Shown piece by piece: positions 53,984 through 64,000 of a DNA stretch of 64,000 nt (the stretch's first letter is position 1; each line of letters starts with the position of its first letter). The position numbers and the translations under genes were made by a program. The notes below the pieces were generated by a model. That model was not told the origin of the DNA and ran no database searches. It saw nothing but the letters and a program-made list of their open reading frames with translations. The stretch comes from an uncultured cyanobacterium (GTDB lineage Bacteria > Cyanobacteriota > Cyanobacteriia > Cyanobacteriales > Cyanobacteriaceae). Location of the stretch: positions 256,001 through 320,000 of the forward strand of contig CAVVOP010000022.1 of the NCBI GenBank assembly GCA_963749915.1, read 5' to 3'.

Positions 53984-55240
53984 ATGACAGAAAATATTGA
54001 GTCTTTACTAAAATCTTATCAAAAATTTGGTATTAATCTAGGTTTAGAAAGAATCGAAAAATTATTGCGATCTTTAGGTAATCCTCATCAAAAAGTCTCT
54101 ATAATTCACGTTGCAGGAACAAATGGTAAAGGTTCAGTTTGTGCTTATTTATCTTCAATTTTTACCCATGCAGGTTATAAAACAGGGCGGTTTACTTCTC
54201 CTCATTTGCTTGATTGGAATGAAAGAATTTGTCTCAATGAAAGGCCCATAAAAGAAGAAAACTTAATTAATATTCTCAAAGAAATTCAAGCAGTAATTGA
54301 TTCTAATAGTGAGTCCCCCACCCAATTTGAAGTCATCACCGCCGCCGCATGGCTTTATTTTGCACAATCAGAGATTGATATTGCCATTATGGAAGTAGGG
54401 TTGGGGGGAAGATTGGATGCTACTAATGTTTGCCATCGCCCATTAGCCAGTATCATTACATCTATTAGTCGTGAACATTGGCAGAGATTGGGGGATACTT
54501 TGAGCAAAATTGCCACAGAAAAAGCAGGAATTATTAAACAAGAATGTCCCGTGATTATCGGTGATTTACCGCAGGAAGCAAGACAAGTTGTTGAAAATAG
54601 GGTAATAACTCTCAATTGTCCTCATATTTGGGTAAAATCGTCTCAAAAAATTCCTAAAAATGGCGAAAATTGGGCGAAATATGAAGACGTTGAATATCCT
54701 TTGCCTCTCAACGGTGATATACAATTACAAAATTCTGCTTTGGCCATCGCAACGGTCAAAATGTTACAAACAAGGGGATGGAATTTGAGCCTAGAAGCCA
54801 TACAAGAAGGCATGAAAAAAACCCGTTGGCGAGGTAGGATCGAATGGGTTACATGGCAAGGACAAAAAATCCTTATCGATGGGGCACATAATGTAGCTTC
54901 GGCAAAGGTTTTAAGGGAATATGTTGATACTTTAAACACAAAAATTATTTGGGTAATGGGGATGTTGTCGACAAAAGATCATCAAGGTATTTTTAATCAG
55001 TTACTGCGATCGCAAGATGAGTTACATTTGGTCCCCGTAGCCGATCATAGCACCGCCAATCTTCAAGAGCTGTCACAATTAGCAGAAAAAGTCAATTCCA
55101 ATTTAACAAAAATTAATATTTATGATGATTTATTTTTAGCGTTAGAAACGGTGAAAAAAACTGTCAATGATGATAAACAAACGATCGTTATGTGTGGATC
55201 ATTATATTTATTAGGACATTTTTTAACGGTTGACAATTGA
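53984..55240 (+). CDS. folC: Folylpolyglutamate/dihydrofolate synthase
   Basis: HVAGTNGKGS, FTSPHL, EVGLGGRLDATN, DGAHN. Confidence 0.95.
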   Translation: MTENIESLLKSYQKFGINLGLERIEKLLRSLGNPHQKVSIIHVAGTNGKGSVCAYLSSIFTHAGYKTGRFTSPHLLDWNERICLNERPIKEENLINILKEIQAVIDSNSESPTQFEVITAAAWLYFAQSEIDIAIMEVGLGGRLDATNVCHRPLASIITSISREHWQRLGDTLSKIATEKAGIIKQECPVIIGDLPQEARQVVENRVITLNCPHIWVKSSQKIPKNGENWAKYEDVEYPLPLNGDIQLQNSALAIATVKMLQTRGWNLSLEAIQEGMKKTRWRGRIEWVTWQGQKILIDGAHNVASAKVLREYVDTLNTKIIWVMGMLSTKDHQGIFNQLLRSQDELHLVPVADHSTANLQELSQLAEKVNSNLTKINIYDDLFLALETVKKTVNDDKQTIVMCGSLYLLGHFLTVDN

Positions 55241-55260
55241 CAATATTTTTTGCCACGAAA

Positions 55261-55285
55261 GGAACTTTTTTTGCGGGAAATAGTC
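55261..55285 (+). promoter_or_regulatory. ECF-type (autoregulatory) promoter
   Basis: GGAAC-N17-GTC directly upstream of the ECF sigma gene. Confidence 0.65.
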
Positions 55286-55326
55286 ATATTGGATGCAAGT
55301 GTTGTTAAATCAGCGTAGAATATATT

Positions 55327-55992
55327 ATGATTTCATCTGTTTCTCTATCTTGGTCTAATTTGTCTATTCCATTTACACAACAAAGAGTGAAAATTGAACA
55401 ATTATCTAATTCTGATTTAATTTTGCGGTGTCAAGAAGGCAGTCAACCCGATAGGGCGGCTTTTTCTGAGTTGTTACGCCGTTATCAGAGTTATGTTGAT
55501 AAAATCTTGTATAATTTAGCCCCAGATTGGCAAGATAGAGGGGATATATCTCAAGAAGTTTGGATCCGGGTTTATAAGAAGATTAATAGTTTACAAGATC
55601 CCACCAAATTTAAAGGTTGGTTGAGTCGTATTGCCACTAATTTGTTCTATGATCAACTGCGCAAAAAGAAACGATTTGCACCCCCTTTATCTTTGGACGC
55701 TTCTATCATGACGGAAGATAATGAGTTAAAATGGGAGATAGCATCAGATTTACCTTTACCCGATGAAAATTTGACTACGGTAGAATTTTATGATCAATTA
55801 AAGCAGGCTATCGCAGATTTACCGGATACTTTTCGCATCACCATCGTTTTACGGGAAATTCAGGGTTTAAGTTATGAGGAGATTGCAGAAATTACCAAAG
55901 TGTCACTCGGTACGGTAAAATCGAGGATAGCTAGGGCAAGAAACAGACTGCAACTATTATTACAACCTTATCTCGATAATCACCATAGTTAG
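55327..55992 (+). CDS. sigG: ECF sigma factor, SigG type
   Basis: LAPDWQDR.D..QEVWIRVY, WLSRIATNLFYD, LSYEEIAEIT...GTVKSRIARAR. Confidence 0.88.
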   Translation: MISSVSLSWSNLSIPFTQQRVKIEQLSNSDLILRCQEGSQPDRAAFSELLRRYQSYVDKILYNLAPDWQDRGDISQEVWIRVYKKINSLQDPTKFKGWLSRIATNLFYDQLRKKKRFAPPLSLDASIMTEDNELKWEIASDLPLPDENLTTVEFYDQLKQAIADLPDTFRITIVLREIQGLSYEEIAEITKVSLGTVKSRIARARNRLQLLLQPYLDNHHS

Positions 55993-56027
55993 TTTTGTAA
56001 TTTTATTCTTAGTTAAGGAGATACAAT

Positions 56028-56528
56028 ATGATGAGTAACCATTCTTATCCCCCCGATAAATGTACATTTGAACTTTTAAGTGCTTATTTAGACGGTGAAG
56101 TAACCGCCGAACAACGTAAACAAGTGCAGGAATTATTGTCGAATGATCTCGGCATTCAAAGTTTATACAGAAGATTATTATACTTACGCCAAGAAATCAA
56201 CAATTTGCCGACTCCTCAACCTGAATATTCAGCCAAAGAACTTTCTGAAGCCGTTTTTGCCAAAGTAGATCGACAAAAGAAAGAACGGAAAATTTGGTTA
56301 TGGGGTGGAGGTGCCATCGCTGCACTATTGTTAACAACCGTAGGAAGTATTTTAAATGATAACGGAACACCATTACTACAAATGGCACAAGAAAATCAAC
56401 CTACGTCGGATAATGAAAGTTTGATCATTGCTTTAAATGAGCCTCTAATTGAAATACCGGTAAAAACCAATGGAGAAACCTTAATGATACCCTTAGATCA
56501 TTCTTTAATGGATGTTATTGATAATTAA
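56028..56528 (+). CDS. Anti-sigma factor
   Basis: FELLSAYLDGEVT N-terminal domain plus one TM helix; follows sigG. Confidence 0.85.
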   Translation: MMSNHSYPPDKCTFELLSAYLDGEVTAEQRKQVQELLSNDLGIQSLYRRLLYLRQEINNLPTPQPEYSAKELSEAVFAKVDRQKKERKIWLWGGGAIAALLLTTVGSILNDNGTPLLQMAQENQPTSDNESLIIALNEPLIEIPVKTNGETLMIPLDHSLMDVIDN

Positions 56529-56532
56529 TTCC

Positions 56533-57261
56533 ATGAATGATTCCTACTTATATGTCTATCCTCCTTTAGAATCAGGTTTTTTACGCAAAAGATATAAACG
56601 TTTTTTAGCGGATATAGAGTTAGATTCCGGGGAGTTAGTCACTGCCCATTGTGCTAACACCGGCCCCATGTTAGGATTATGCACCGTAGGTAGTCGTGTA
56701 ATGGTATCTAAAAGCGATAACCTTAAGCGTAAATTAGGTTATACATGGGAGATGATAGCCGTAGGAGAAGATAATCCTGTCTGGGTGGGAATTAATACCG
56801 CCTTGCCGAATCATATTGTCAAGTTAGCCTTGCAACAACAATTAATCCCTGAGTTGGCACAACAATATACTCAGGTAAAAAGTGAGGTAAAATTTGGACA
56901 AGATGGCAAAAGTAGAGTCGATTTTGTCTTGACTGGTGATGAATCCCAACCGCTGATTTATGTGGAAGTAAAAAACACCACCCTGGCAGAAAGTGGGGTT
57001 GCTTTATTTCCCGATACTCAAACTACCAGAGGACAAAAACATTTACAAGAATTAATGGCTTTATCAAAGAAGATGAGAGGGGTGATGTTATATTTTATAA
57101 ATCGAGAAGATTGCGATTCTTTTAGCGTAGGCAAAAAATATGATTCCACCTATGGAGATTTATTCCATCAAGCCATAAACGAGGGGGTAGAAATCTTACC
57201 TTGTCGGTTTAAAGTTACCCCCGAAGGTGTTAAATATCTTGGTTTAGCAAAGATTATTTAG
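56533..57261 (+). CDS. sfsA: DNA/RNA nuclease SfsA
   Basis: RYKRFLAD, HCANTGPM, VEVKN, FPD..T.RGQKHL. Confidence 0.93.
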   Translation: MNDSYLYVYPPLESGFLRKRYKRFLADIELDSGELVTAHCANTGPMLGLCTVGSRVMVSKSDNLKRKLGYTWEMIAVGEDNPVWVGINTALPNHIVKLALQQQLIPELAQQYTQVKSEVKFGQDGKSRVDFVLTGDESQPLIYVEVKNTTLAESGVALFPDTQTTRGQKHLQELMALSKKMRGVMLYFINREDCDSFSVGKKYDSTYGDLFHQAINEGVEILPCRFKVTPEGVKYLGLAKII

Positions 57262-57341
57262 GAACGGATAATCATTAATTATAATTAAGCGGTTCTATAA
57301 TTATTGATAATTAATTTTCTTAATTGTTTGAGGAGTGAAAA

Positions 57342-57551
57342 ATGAAAGTTTGGTTGGTCAGTTTTATTCTCTTATTTTTACTAGCCCAATTTATTCTCTG
57401 GGTGAAAAATTTCTTTACACCTCTTCCCTTGTACATCTTTGGAGGAGCCTTTTTGGCGATCGCATCAAATTATGACCACAAAATTAATGAATTTATCAGT
57501 CAACAAACGAATAGTATTGTGTCTTCATCAGGAAAAAAACTCAATGAATAA
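57342..57551 (+). CDS. Small membrane protein, hypothetical
   Basis: RBS GAGGAG; PLYIFGGAFLAIASN motif; stop overlaps the rnhA start. Confidence 0.7.
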   Translation: MKVWLVSFILLFLLAQFILWVKNFFTPLPLYIFGGAFLAIASNYDHKINEFISQQTNSIVSSSGKKLNE

Positions 57552-58026
57552 TGACTTGCCACAAGTAGAAATTTATACCGATGGTTCCTGCCTCAATAAT
57601 CCCGGTCCCGGAGGTTATGGAGTTGTTATCTTAAATAATCATAAGCGTCAAGAACTATGGGGAGGATTCCGTAAAACTACCAACAATCGCATGGAGATTT
57701 TAGCCGTTATTATTGGATTGAAAGCCCTAAAAAACCCCCATCAAGTGACGATATATACTGACTCGCAATATGTTGTCAATGCGATGACTAAAGGTTGGGC
57801 TCAAAAATGGCAAATGAATAATTGGCGGCGTAACTCCAGAGAAAAGGCGAAAAATCCTGATCTTTGGCAAGAATTATTACAATTATCTAGTCAACATCAA
57901 GTTAATTTTACCTGGGTTAGGGGACATTCTGGGAATATGGAAAATGAACGTTGCGATCGCCTTGCTTTTAGTGCCGCCCAAAGTCATAACCTAGAAGAGG
58001 ACGTTAACTATATCAATCATGAATAA
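57544..58026 (+). CDS. rnhA: Ribonuclease HI
   Basis: IYTDGSC..NPGPGG, TTNNRME, TDSQY, WVRGHSG..ENERCD. Confidence 0.95.
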   Translation: MNNDLPQVEIYTDGSCLNNPGPGGYGVVILNNHKRQELWGGFRKTTNNRMEILAVIIGLKALKNPHQVTIYTDSQYVVNAMTKGWAQKWQMNNWRRNSREKAKNPDLWQELLQLSSQHQVNFTWVRGHSGNMENERCDRLAFSAAQSHNLEEDVNYINHE

Positions 58027-58077
58027 TAAATAGTCACTTTTTAATTAATTTTCCCGACTTACTCATTATCTTAGACT

Positions 58078-58102
58078 AAAAAGGTGAGCATTTGCCCACC
58101 CT
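58078..58102 (-). terminator. Terminator of chlH
   Basis: GGTGGGC-AAAT-GCTCACC followed by T5 on the minus strand. Confidence 0.7.
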
Positions 58103-58117
58103 CGTATTAACAATTAA

Positions 58118-61100
58118 TTACTCAATGCCTTCGATGCGATCTTCTGCTTCTTGGTATAGTCGCTGTAACCGTTCAATATTCTCGTCTGAGGTTTGCCAGT
58201 AACCACGCCCGTTAACTTCGAGTAAAGTGCTTACCATCCGGCGGAAAGAGTTGGGGTTTAAATCCATCAACCGTTTACACATCTGTTCATCTTCGATGAA
58301 AGTGGTATTAGTGTCTTCATATACCCAGTTATCTACCGCATCGGCAGTAGCACTCCAACCCATGGTATTCACAAGACGTTTGGATAATTCCCTTACCCCT
58401 TCATAACCATGAGATAACATCCCTTCGTACCATTTGGGGTTTAATAATTTGGTGCGGGCATCTAAGCGCACAGTTTCCGATAAAGTACGCACTTGGGCGT
58501 TGGCGGTGGTAGTGTCGGCAATGTAAGCGGAGGGTTTTTTACCGTCATCACGCAAACTGGCCACAACTTTGGTAGGATCAGAGTCGAAATAGTGAGAAAC
58601 GTCCGTTAAGCTAATCTCCGAAGAATCGAGGTTTTGGAAGGTGGCATCGGCAGTTTTCAAGGATTTCTCAAAAATACCTCGGTTTTCATCCATTACCCCT
58701 GGGTTATCGGAGTTGAAGGCGAAGGATTTACGGTTTAAGTACATATCCCGCAATTCTTGCTCTTCTTCCCAACTGCTATTTTCTACCGCTAAGTTGACGT
58801 TAGAGGAATATGACCCCGATGCGTTCGAGAATACCCGGGTAGCGGCCTGACGTAAGTTGATGCCCATTTCTTCAGCTTGTGTTAAAGCGTGTTTACGAAC
58901 GAAATTCATTTCTAAAGGTTCGTCAGCTTCGGCGGCTTTTTTCACGGCTTGATCAAGTAAATTCATTTGGTTGATGAAAAGATCACGGAATACGCCGGAA
59001 CAGTTAACAACTACGTCAATACGGGGTCTGTCCAATTCTTCTAAGGGGATTAATTCAAGTTTGTTAACACGCCCTAACGCATCAGGGACGGGTGTAACAC
59101 CTATCATCCACATAATTTGCGCTAAAGATTCGCCGTAGGTTTTGATGTTATCCGTTCCCCATAATACACAAGCGATGGTTTCAGGGTATTTCCCGCCGTT
59201 GTCTAGCTTCTGACGCTCTAAGAGACGATCGACAACGATTTTAGCTGATTTTACTGCCGCTAGAGTGGGTATTTTTTGTGGGTCTAAGGCATGAATATTT
59301 TTACCAGTGGGCAATACATTAGGGTTACGGATGGGATCGCCACCGGGTCCAGGTAGTACATATTCACCTTCCAGGGCTTTTAGTAATGCCCCTAATTCAT
59401 TGTCAGCACAAACTTGCTCTAAGCAAAATTCGAGGTATTCAAATAGAGGTTTTAAGGCTTTTTCGTCAACGTTTGTGTAACCAAGTTCATGGAGTTTTGC
59501 AACCCAAGGCTCTTTTTTACCCATATTGAAGAAGTTTAGTTTAGAAACGAGAGAAACTCGCCCTTCGGCGTTGATTTGCTCCTCCACTAAGGCTCTTACT
59601 GCCGCTCTGGTGGCTTCGGTTATGCTTTGTAATAACTCCACATCTACTAAAACTCCCTTGTCAGCGTTGCGGTAAACCTCTTCAATTTTACGCCCGATAC
59701 TGTTGGCGATGATGGTAGTTAATGCCAAAATGCCCTCGTCTTCTCTGTCTAAACTGGCGATATTTACGAGGGTCGCGATCGCCTCTTCTGCCGTGGGCGG
59801 TTTCCCGATAACGTGCAATCCACAGGGTAACAGACGGGATTCAATTTCCATTAATTTGCGATACACAGCACCCACAATGTGATCTCTTTCGTCTTGTGTC
59901 ATGGTACCAGAATCGATTATTTCCGCTTCTTGCCCTTCAAGGGTAGCAATTTCAGGAATATCCTTATCAAGGTTGCAGATTCGAGCTTTATCAACGATGG
60001 TGTTGACGATTTGAATGGCACGTCCACTATCCTTTAAACTTTGATAGGAACCGATTAACTCGCTTAATTCTTCTAAACCCTTGTAAAGTCCAGCATTTTC
60101 TGCGGGGGGGGTTAAGTAAGAAATGGTGGCGGCATAACTGCGACGTTTGGCAATAGTCGCCTCGCTAGGGTTATTAGCGGCGTAGTAGTACATGTTAGGA
60201 ATATTACCAATCAAACTATCCGGGTAACAGTCATTAGACATACCCATTTGTTTACCCGGCATGAATTCGAGGGAGCCGTGTGTTCCAAAGTGTAAGACTG
60301 CATCCACACCCCAAACCTTCTCCAGATAGGTATAGTAAGCCGCAAAACCGTGATGAGGAGAAGCAGAACGAGAAAATAATAGTCTCATGGGATCCCCTTC
60401 GTAACCAAAAGTAGGTTGTACCCCAATGAAGACATTGCCAAACTCTTTACCGTAAATCAGAAGGTTTTGACCATCGCTATTAAGATGCCCTGGGGGCGGT
60501 CCCCAATTTTCTTCTAATTTCTGGGAATAAGGGGTTAAACGCTCATATTCTTCCACACTCATGCGGTAGGCGACGTTTAATTCAGGACTAGAATATTGGG
60601 CTTGGGCATCATGAATTACCATCTCCATCAACTCTGTAGCGGTTTCTGGTAAGTCTTGCACGTCATAGCCGTTGTTTTTCATGCCCTTTAACACTTCATG
60701 GATTGAGCCGAAAACGTCTAAATATGCTGCTGTACCCACATTCCCTTTATCAGGAGGAAAACTGAAGACGGTAATAGCTAATTTTTTCTCTAACTTGGGC
60801 TTTTTCCGTAGATTTGTCCATTTTAAGGCACGACCGGCGATGGCTTCTACCCGATCTTGTAAAGTGATTGATCTTCCCGTATTACCATCTCTACCGGATA
60901 GAATGATCGGTTCAATGGCACCGTCCAACTCGGGGATGGCAATTTGTAAGGCGACTTGGATAGGATGTAAACCCAGATCACTTTCTTCCCATTCCTCCGT
61001 AGTTTGAAAAACTAGGGGTAAAGCAACCATATAAGGGCGATTCAGACGTTTTAAAGATTCGATGGCTTTGGGGTGATCTTGTCGTGCCGGCCCTCCCACC

Positions 61101-62143
61101 AAGGCAAAACCAGTTAAAGAGACTACAGCGTCAACGATGGGTAAAGGTTCAACCCCTTGCACTGCTTTATCTAAGAAATACTCATCTACAGGTTTCGAGA
61201 AATCCAAGCCCCCTGCGAATACAGGAATAATACGAGCACCATGATATTCTAATTCTTGTAACATTGCCACATAGTGGGCATCGTCACCAGTAACTAAATG
61301 GGTTCTTTGTAAGACTAATCCTATACAAGGAGCAAGAGGATCTTTTAAATCATCACTGATATCATCACGAGTATGGTACCAACTAAGATATTCCTTGATG
61401 TCTTCAAACATTTTTGGGGCGAGGGGATGCCAGATACCCATATCAGGATAGACTACAGGTTCAGCATACTCCGCATTTTTGTTGAGTAAGGATTTATCCC
61501 CAATGAAGACATATTTATCAGCCAACATCAAGAAAAAGTTTTCCAGGTTATCAGAGGAACCACCTAACCAATATTGAAAACTCAACATGAAGTTGCGGGC
61601 ATCTTGGGCTTTTTCCACAGGCAGATATTTTAAAACCGTGGGAAGGGTACGTAATAATTTGAGCATCGCATCTTCAAAACCAGCACCTGACTTTTGTTTG
61701 CGTTTTTTCATAAACTCGCCGATGACACTCTTACTCTGCCCTAATTGTGCCATGGTAAAAGTACCCATTTTGTTAAGGCGCATTACTTCAGGCATGGAGG
61801 GGAAAACCACTGCCGCATCTAAATTGTCACGATGGGGATTAACAGCTTCTACGACTTTTTGTGCTAATTCTTCAATAAAGATAAGGGAAGCAATAAAAAT
61901 ATTCGCCCCTGCCACATCTTTTTTAAATTCTTCATAGTTTTCAGGGCTTCTCAATTCTTCGATAAGATAACCATTAATTTCTATGGCAAGGTTCGGGTTA
62001 TGAGCATTGATGGATTTAATTGCACCAGAAATGGCACTTTGGTATTGTGACTCTAATACTACATAAACCACCTTCATTAAAGCACGTCCTTGTAGATCTT
62101 CTGGTGCTATATGTCTGACGGCGGATTTTACGTTTGTAAACAT
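58118..62143 (-). CDS. chlH: Magnesium chelatase subunit H
   Basis: [50 protein letters not shown]; 1341 aa. Confidence 0.96.
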   Translation of the reverse strand: MFTNVKSAVRHIAPEDLQGRALMKVVYVVLESQYQSAISGAIKSINAHNPNLAIEINGYLIEELRSPENYEEFKKDVAGANIFIASLIFIEELAQKVVEAVNPHRDNLDAAVVFPSMPEVMRLNKMGTFTMAQLGQSKSVIGEFMKKRKQKSGAGFEDAMLKLLRTLPTVLKYLPVEKAQDARNFMLSFQYWLGGSSDNLENFFLMLADKYVFIGDKSLLNKNAEYAEPVVYPDMGIWHPLAPKMFEDIKEYLSWYHTRDDISDDLKDPLAPCIGLVLQRTHLVTGDDAHYVAMLQELEYHGARIIPVFAGGLDFSKPVDEYFLDKAVQGVEPLPIVDAVVSLTGFALVGGPARQDHPKAIESLKRLNRPYMVALPLVFQTTEEWEESDLGLHPIQVALQIAIPELDGAIEPIILSGRDGNTGRSITLQDRVEAIAGRALKWTNLRKKPKLEKKLAITVFSFPPDKGNVGTAAYLDVFGSIHEVLKGMKNNGYDVQDLPETATELMEMVIHDAQAQYSSPELNVAYRMSVEEYERLTPYSQKLEENWGPPPGHLNSDGQNLLIYGKEFGNVFIGVQPTFGYEGDPMRLLFSRSASPHHGFAAYYTYLEKVWGVDAVLHFGTHGSLEFMPGKQMGMSNDCYPDSLIGNIPNMYYYAANNPSEATIAKRRSYAATISYLTPPAENAGLYKGLEELSELIGSYQSLKDSGRAIQIVNTIVDKARICNLDKDIPEIATLEGQEAEIIDSGTMTQDERDHIVGAVYRKLMEIESRLLPCGLHVIGKPPTAEEAIATLVNIASLDREDEGILALTTIIANSIGRKIEEVYRNADKGVLVDVELLQSITEATRAAVRALVEEQINAEGRVSLVSKLNFFNMGKKEPWVAKLHELGYTNVDEKALKPLFEYLEFCLEQVCADNELGALLKALEGEYVLPGPGGDPIRNPNVLPTGKNIHALDPQKIPTLAAVKSAKIVVDRLLERQKLDNGGKYPETIACVLWGTDNIKTYGESLAQIMWMIGVTPVPDALGRVNKLELIPLEELDRPRIDVVVNCSGVFRDLFINQMNLLDQAVKKAAEADEPLEMNFVRKHALTQAEEMGINLRQAATRVFSNASGSYSSNVNLAVENSSWEEEQELRDMYLNRKSFAFNSDNPGVMDENRGIFEKSLKTADATFQNLDSSEISLTDVSHYFDSDPTKVVASLRDDGKKPSAYIADTTTANAQVRTLSETVRLDARTKLLNPKWYEGMLSHGYEGVRELSKRLVNTMGWSATADAVDNWVYEDTNTTFIEDEQMCKRLMDLNPNSFRRMVSTLLEVNGRGYWQTSDENIERLQRLYQEAEDRIEGIE

Positions 62144-62291
62144 TAAGATGTAAACTCCTGTTAAGTGAGATTTAAAAGAAATATGTAAAAAATGATGACA
62201 GCACTTAAAATAGGCTCTTTATAGTTTGTACCATGAAAATAGGCTTTTTTACTCATTGGTTTCCGATTCTTTACGGTTATCCGCCGTTTTT

Positions 62292-62309
62292 GTTACAAAT
62301 TGTTGCATA
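62292..62309 (+). promoter_or_regulatory. HLR1 (RpaB-binding) motif in the chlH/amidase divergent region
   Basis: GTTACAAA-TT-GTTGCATA, one mismatch to the HLR1 direct repeat. Confidence 0.6.
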
Positions 62310-62436
62310 TTACCGGGAATTATTAATTGCCACTTTCCCCACGTCAAAATGTACTAAGGAGAAAATTACGGGTTTGATATCCCCCCTGAAATTGGTAAGC
62401 TATAGCTGTTGCCTTCTTTTTCATTAACAATTATTT

Positions 62437-63840
62437 ATGAAAAACCTAGAATTTATCTCCGCTTTAGACTTAAGTCAGTTAATCCGTCGCAAAGAAATTT
62501 CTCCCCTAGAAGTGATCAAGTTTTATGAAGAAAGAATCAATACTATTGATTCTCAACTGGGTAGTTTTGCTCATGTAGCCATAGAAAGTGCCACAGAAGA
62601 AGCAAAAATAAAAACGGAAATTTTGGCTAAAAGTCAGGATACTTCTACTTTACCCCCCTTTTTTGGTATTCCCACCGCCATCAAGGATTTATACTCTGTG
62701 AAAGGTATGCCTATTAGTTACGGTAATGCTTTTATTAAAGATCGAATTTCTGACTACGACTCTGGTTTTGTCACGAAAATTAAACAAGGCGGTTTTATTA
62801 TTATCGGTAAAACGGCGACTTCTGAATTAGGTTCATTACCCTATACTGAATCTGTGGGTTTATCTTCTTCTGTTAATCCTTGGCATTTAGAATATACTTC
62901 TGGTGGGTCTAGTGGTGGTGGTGCGGCGGCGGTGGCTAGTGGATTAATACCTGTTGCACCGGGATCCGATGGAGGTGGTTCAGTGAGAGGTCCGGCTTTT
63001 TGTTGTGGTTTAGTGGGGTTAAAACCTTCACGGGGTAGAATTTCTAATGCCCCTGTGGGGGATTATCAAGGGGGTATTGGTACTCATGGCTGTCTTAGTC
63101 GTACTGTGGCTGATAGTGCCGCTTTATTGGACATAATTTCAGGATATATCACGGGGGATCCTTATTGGTTGCCAAATCCTAATATTAGCTTTTTAGATGC
63201 CCTTACTCAAGACACGGGAAAATTAAAAATTGCCTTTGCTACCTCTGTTTTGCCCGGTGGTAAAGCGGATGAGATTTTACAACAACAGGTAAAAAATATT
63301 GCCCATTCTTTGGAAGATATGGGTCATACTCTAACGGAGGCCTGTCCTGATTTTACCCCTTTAGTTGAGCCTTTTGTGACTATGTGGCAATCAAGTATTA
63401 CTGGTGCTGGTTTTCCTGAAGAAATACTCAGTCCGATGAATCGTTGGTTAAGTCGGCGTTCTCAGGATTTAGGAACTTATTTACGAGCTTTGCACCAAAT
63501 GCAGATTCTTTCTCGTCAAATTGTCGCCTTTTTCCAGGATTTTGATGTTTTATTGCTACCTACCTATCTAAAACCCCCTATCAAAGTCGGTGCATGGGCT
63601 GATTTATCCCCTGAAGATACTTTACAACATATTATTGATTGGATTACCCCTTGTCCTCCTTTCAATGCTACAGGACAACCTGCGATCGCCATTCCCACAG
63701 GATTCACGGAGAAAGGTCTTCCCATCGGGGTTCAATTAGTCGGCAAACCAACAGACGAAGCAACAATATTACAGTTAGCTTACCAATTAGAAAAAATTAT
63801 CAATTATCCTCAATATCAGCCTCACCTAATTACCTTGTAA
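62437..63840 (+). CDS. Amidase signature family protein
   Basis: IKDL, GGSSGG, GSDGGGSVR.PA.CCG.VG.KPSRG. Confidence 0.9.
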   Translation: MKNLEFISALDLSQLIRRKEISPLEVIKFYEERINTIDSQLGSFAHVAIESATEEAKIKTEILAKSQDTSTLPPFFGIPTAIKDLYSVKGMPISYGNAFIKDRISDYDSGFVTKIKQGGFIIIGKTATSELGSLPYTESVGLSSSVNPWHLEYTSGGSSGGGAAAVASGLIPVAPGSDGGGSVRGPAFCCGLVGLKPSRGRISNAPVGDYQGGIGTHGCLSRTVADSAALLDIISGYITGDPYWLPNPNISFLDALTQDTGKLKIAFATSVLPGGKADEILQQQVKNIAHSLEDMGHTLTEACPDFTPLVEPFVTMWQSSITGAGFPEEILSPMNRWLSRRSQDLGTYLRALHQMQILSRQIVAFFQDFDVLLLPTYLKPPIKVGAWADLSPEDTLQHIIDWITPCPPFNATGQPAIAIPTGFTEKGLPIGVQLVGKPTDEATILQLAYQLEKIINYPQYQPHLITL

Positions 63841-64000
63841 TAGATGCTTAACAAAACTTATGGGGTTATCTATTCTCTTCTCTCCGGAAATCAAGACAAT
63901 CATCTTCATTGTTCATTGTCACTTATAACTTTGAGCCAATTTTTCCAAAATACGGGGTTTTAAGCGTTCAAATTCATCTCTGAGTCTTTTGCGACTCACT

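Noticed and set aside
57439..57543. Longer start for rnhA
   Set aside because: It overlaps the upstream small gene; RNase H homology starts near the ATG at 57544.
58641..61937. Antisense ORFs within chlH (and similar ones in atpD, mnmG, folC, nrtA)
   Set aside because: Typical reverse-strand shadows of conserved genes with no independent coding signal.

Overview
AT-rich chromosome segment of a unicellular cyanobacterium. The evidence is cpcG, nblA, chlH, a split-type rpoC1 and frequent HIP1 GCGATCGC octamers; the style suggests Cyanobacterium/Geminocystis, which is an inference. Most of the window is housekeeping: nrtABC, pgm, folE, atpD-atpC, tRNA-Cys, purE, cysK, mnmG, rpoC1, folC, sigG with its anti-sigma, sfsA, rnhA, chlH and an amidase. 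A 55-aa nblA gene is missing from the ORF track. Two accessory regions stand out. (1) 18.0-20.2 kb holds a GC-rich RTX/Ca-binding gene with 213-bp tandem repeats and a one-base frameshift. It carries a spherulin-4 (GH135-like) domain that appears circularly permuted and inserted into an RTX repeat; this is the most novel observation. (2) 45.9-52.5 kb is a stack of insertion sequences (IS4, an ISAs1 fragment, IS1634 with a nested intact ISH3, an IS982 fragment and a MITE) whose ends can be read from the sequence. An MscS-DEP fusion, fold-back intergenic repeats, gene remnants and a candidate sRNA are also noted. No CRISPR array or rRNA was seen. All family assignments come from motif recognition, not database searches.
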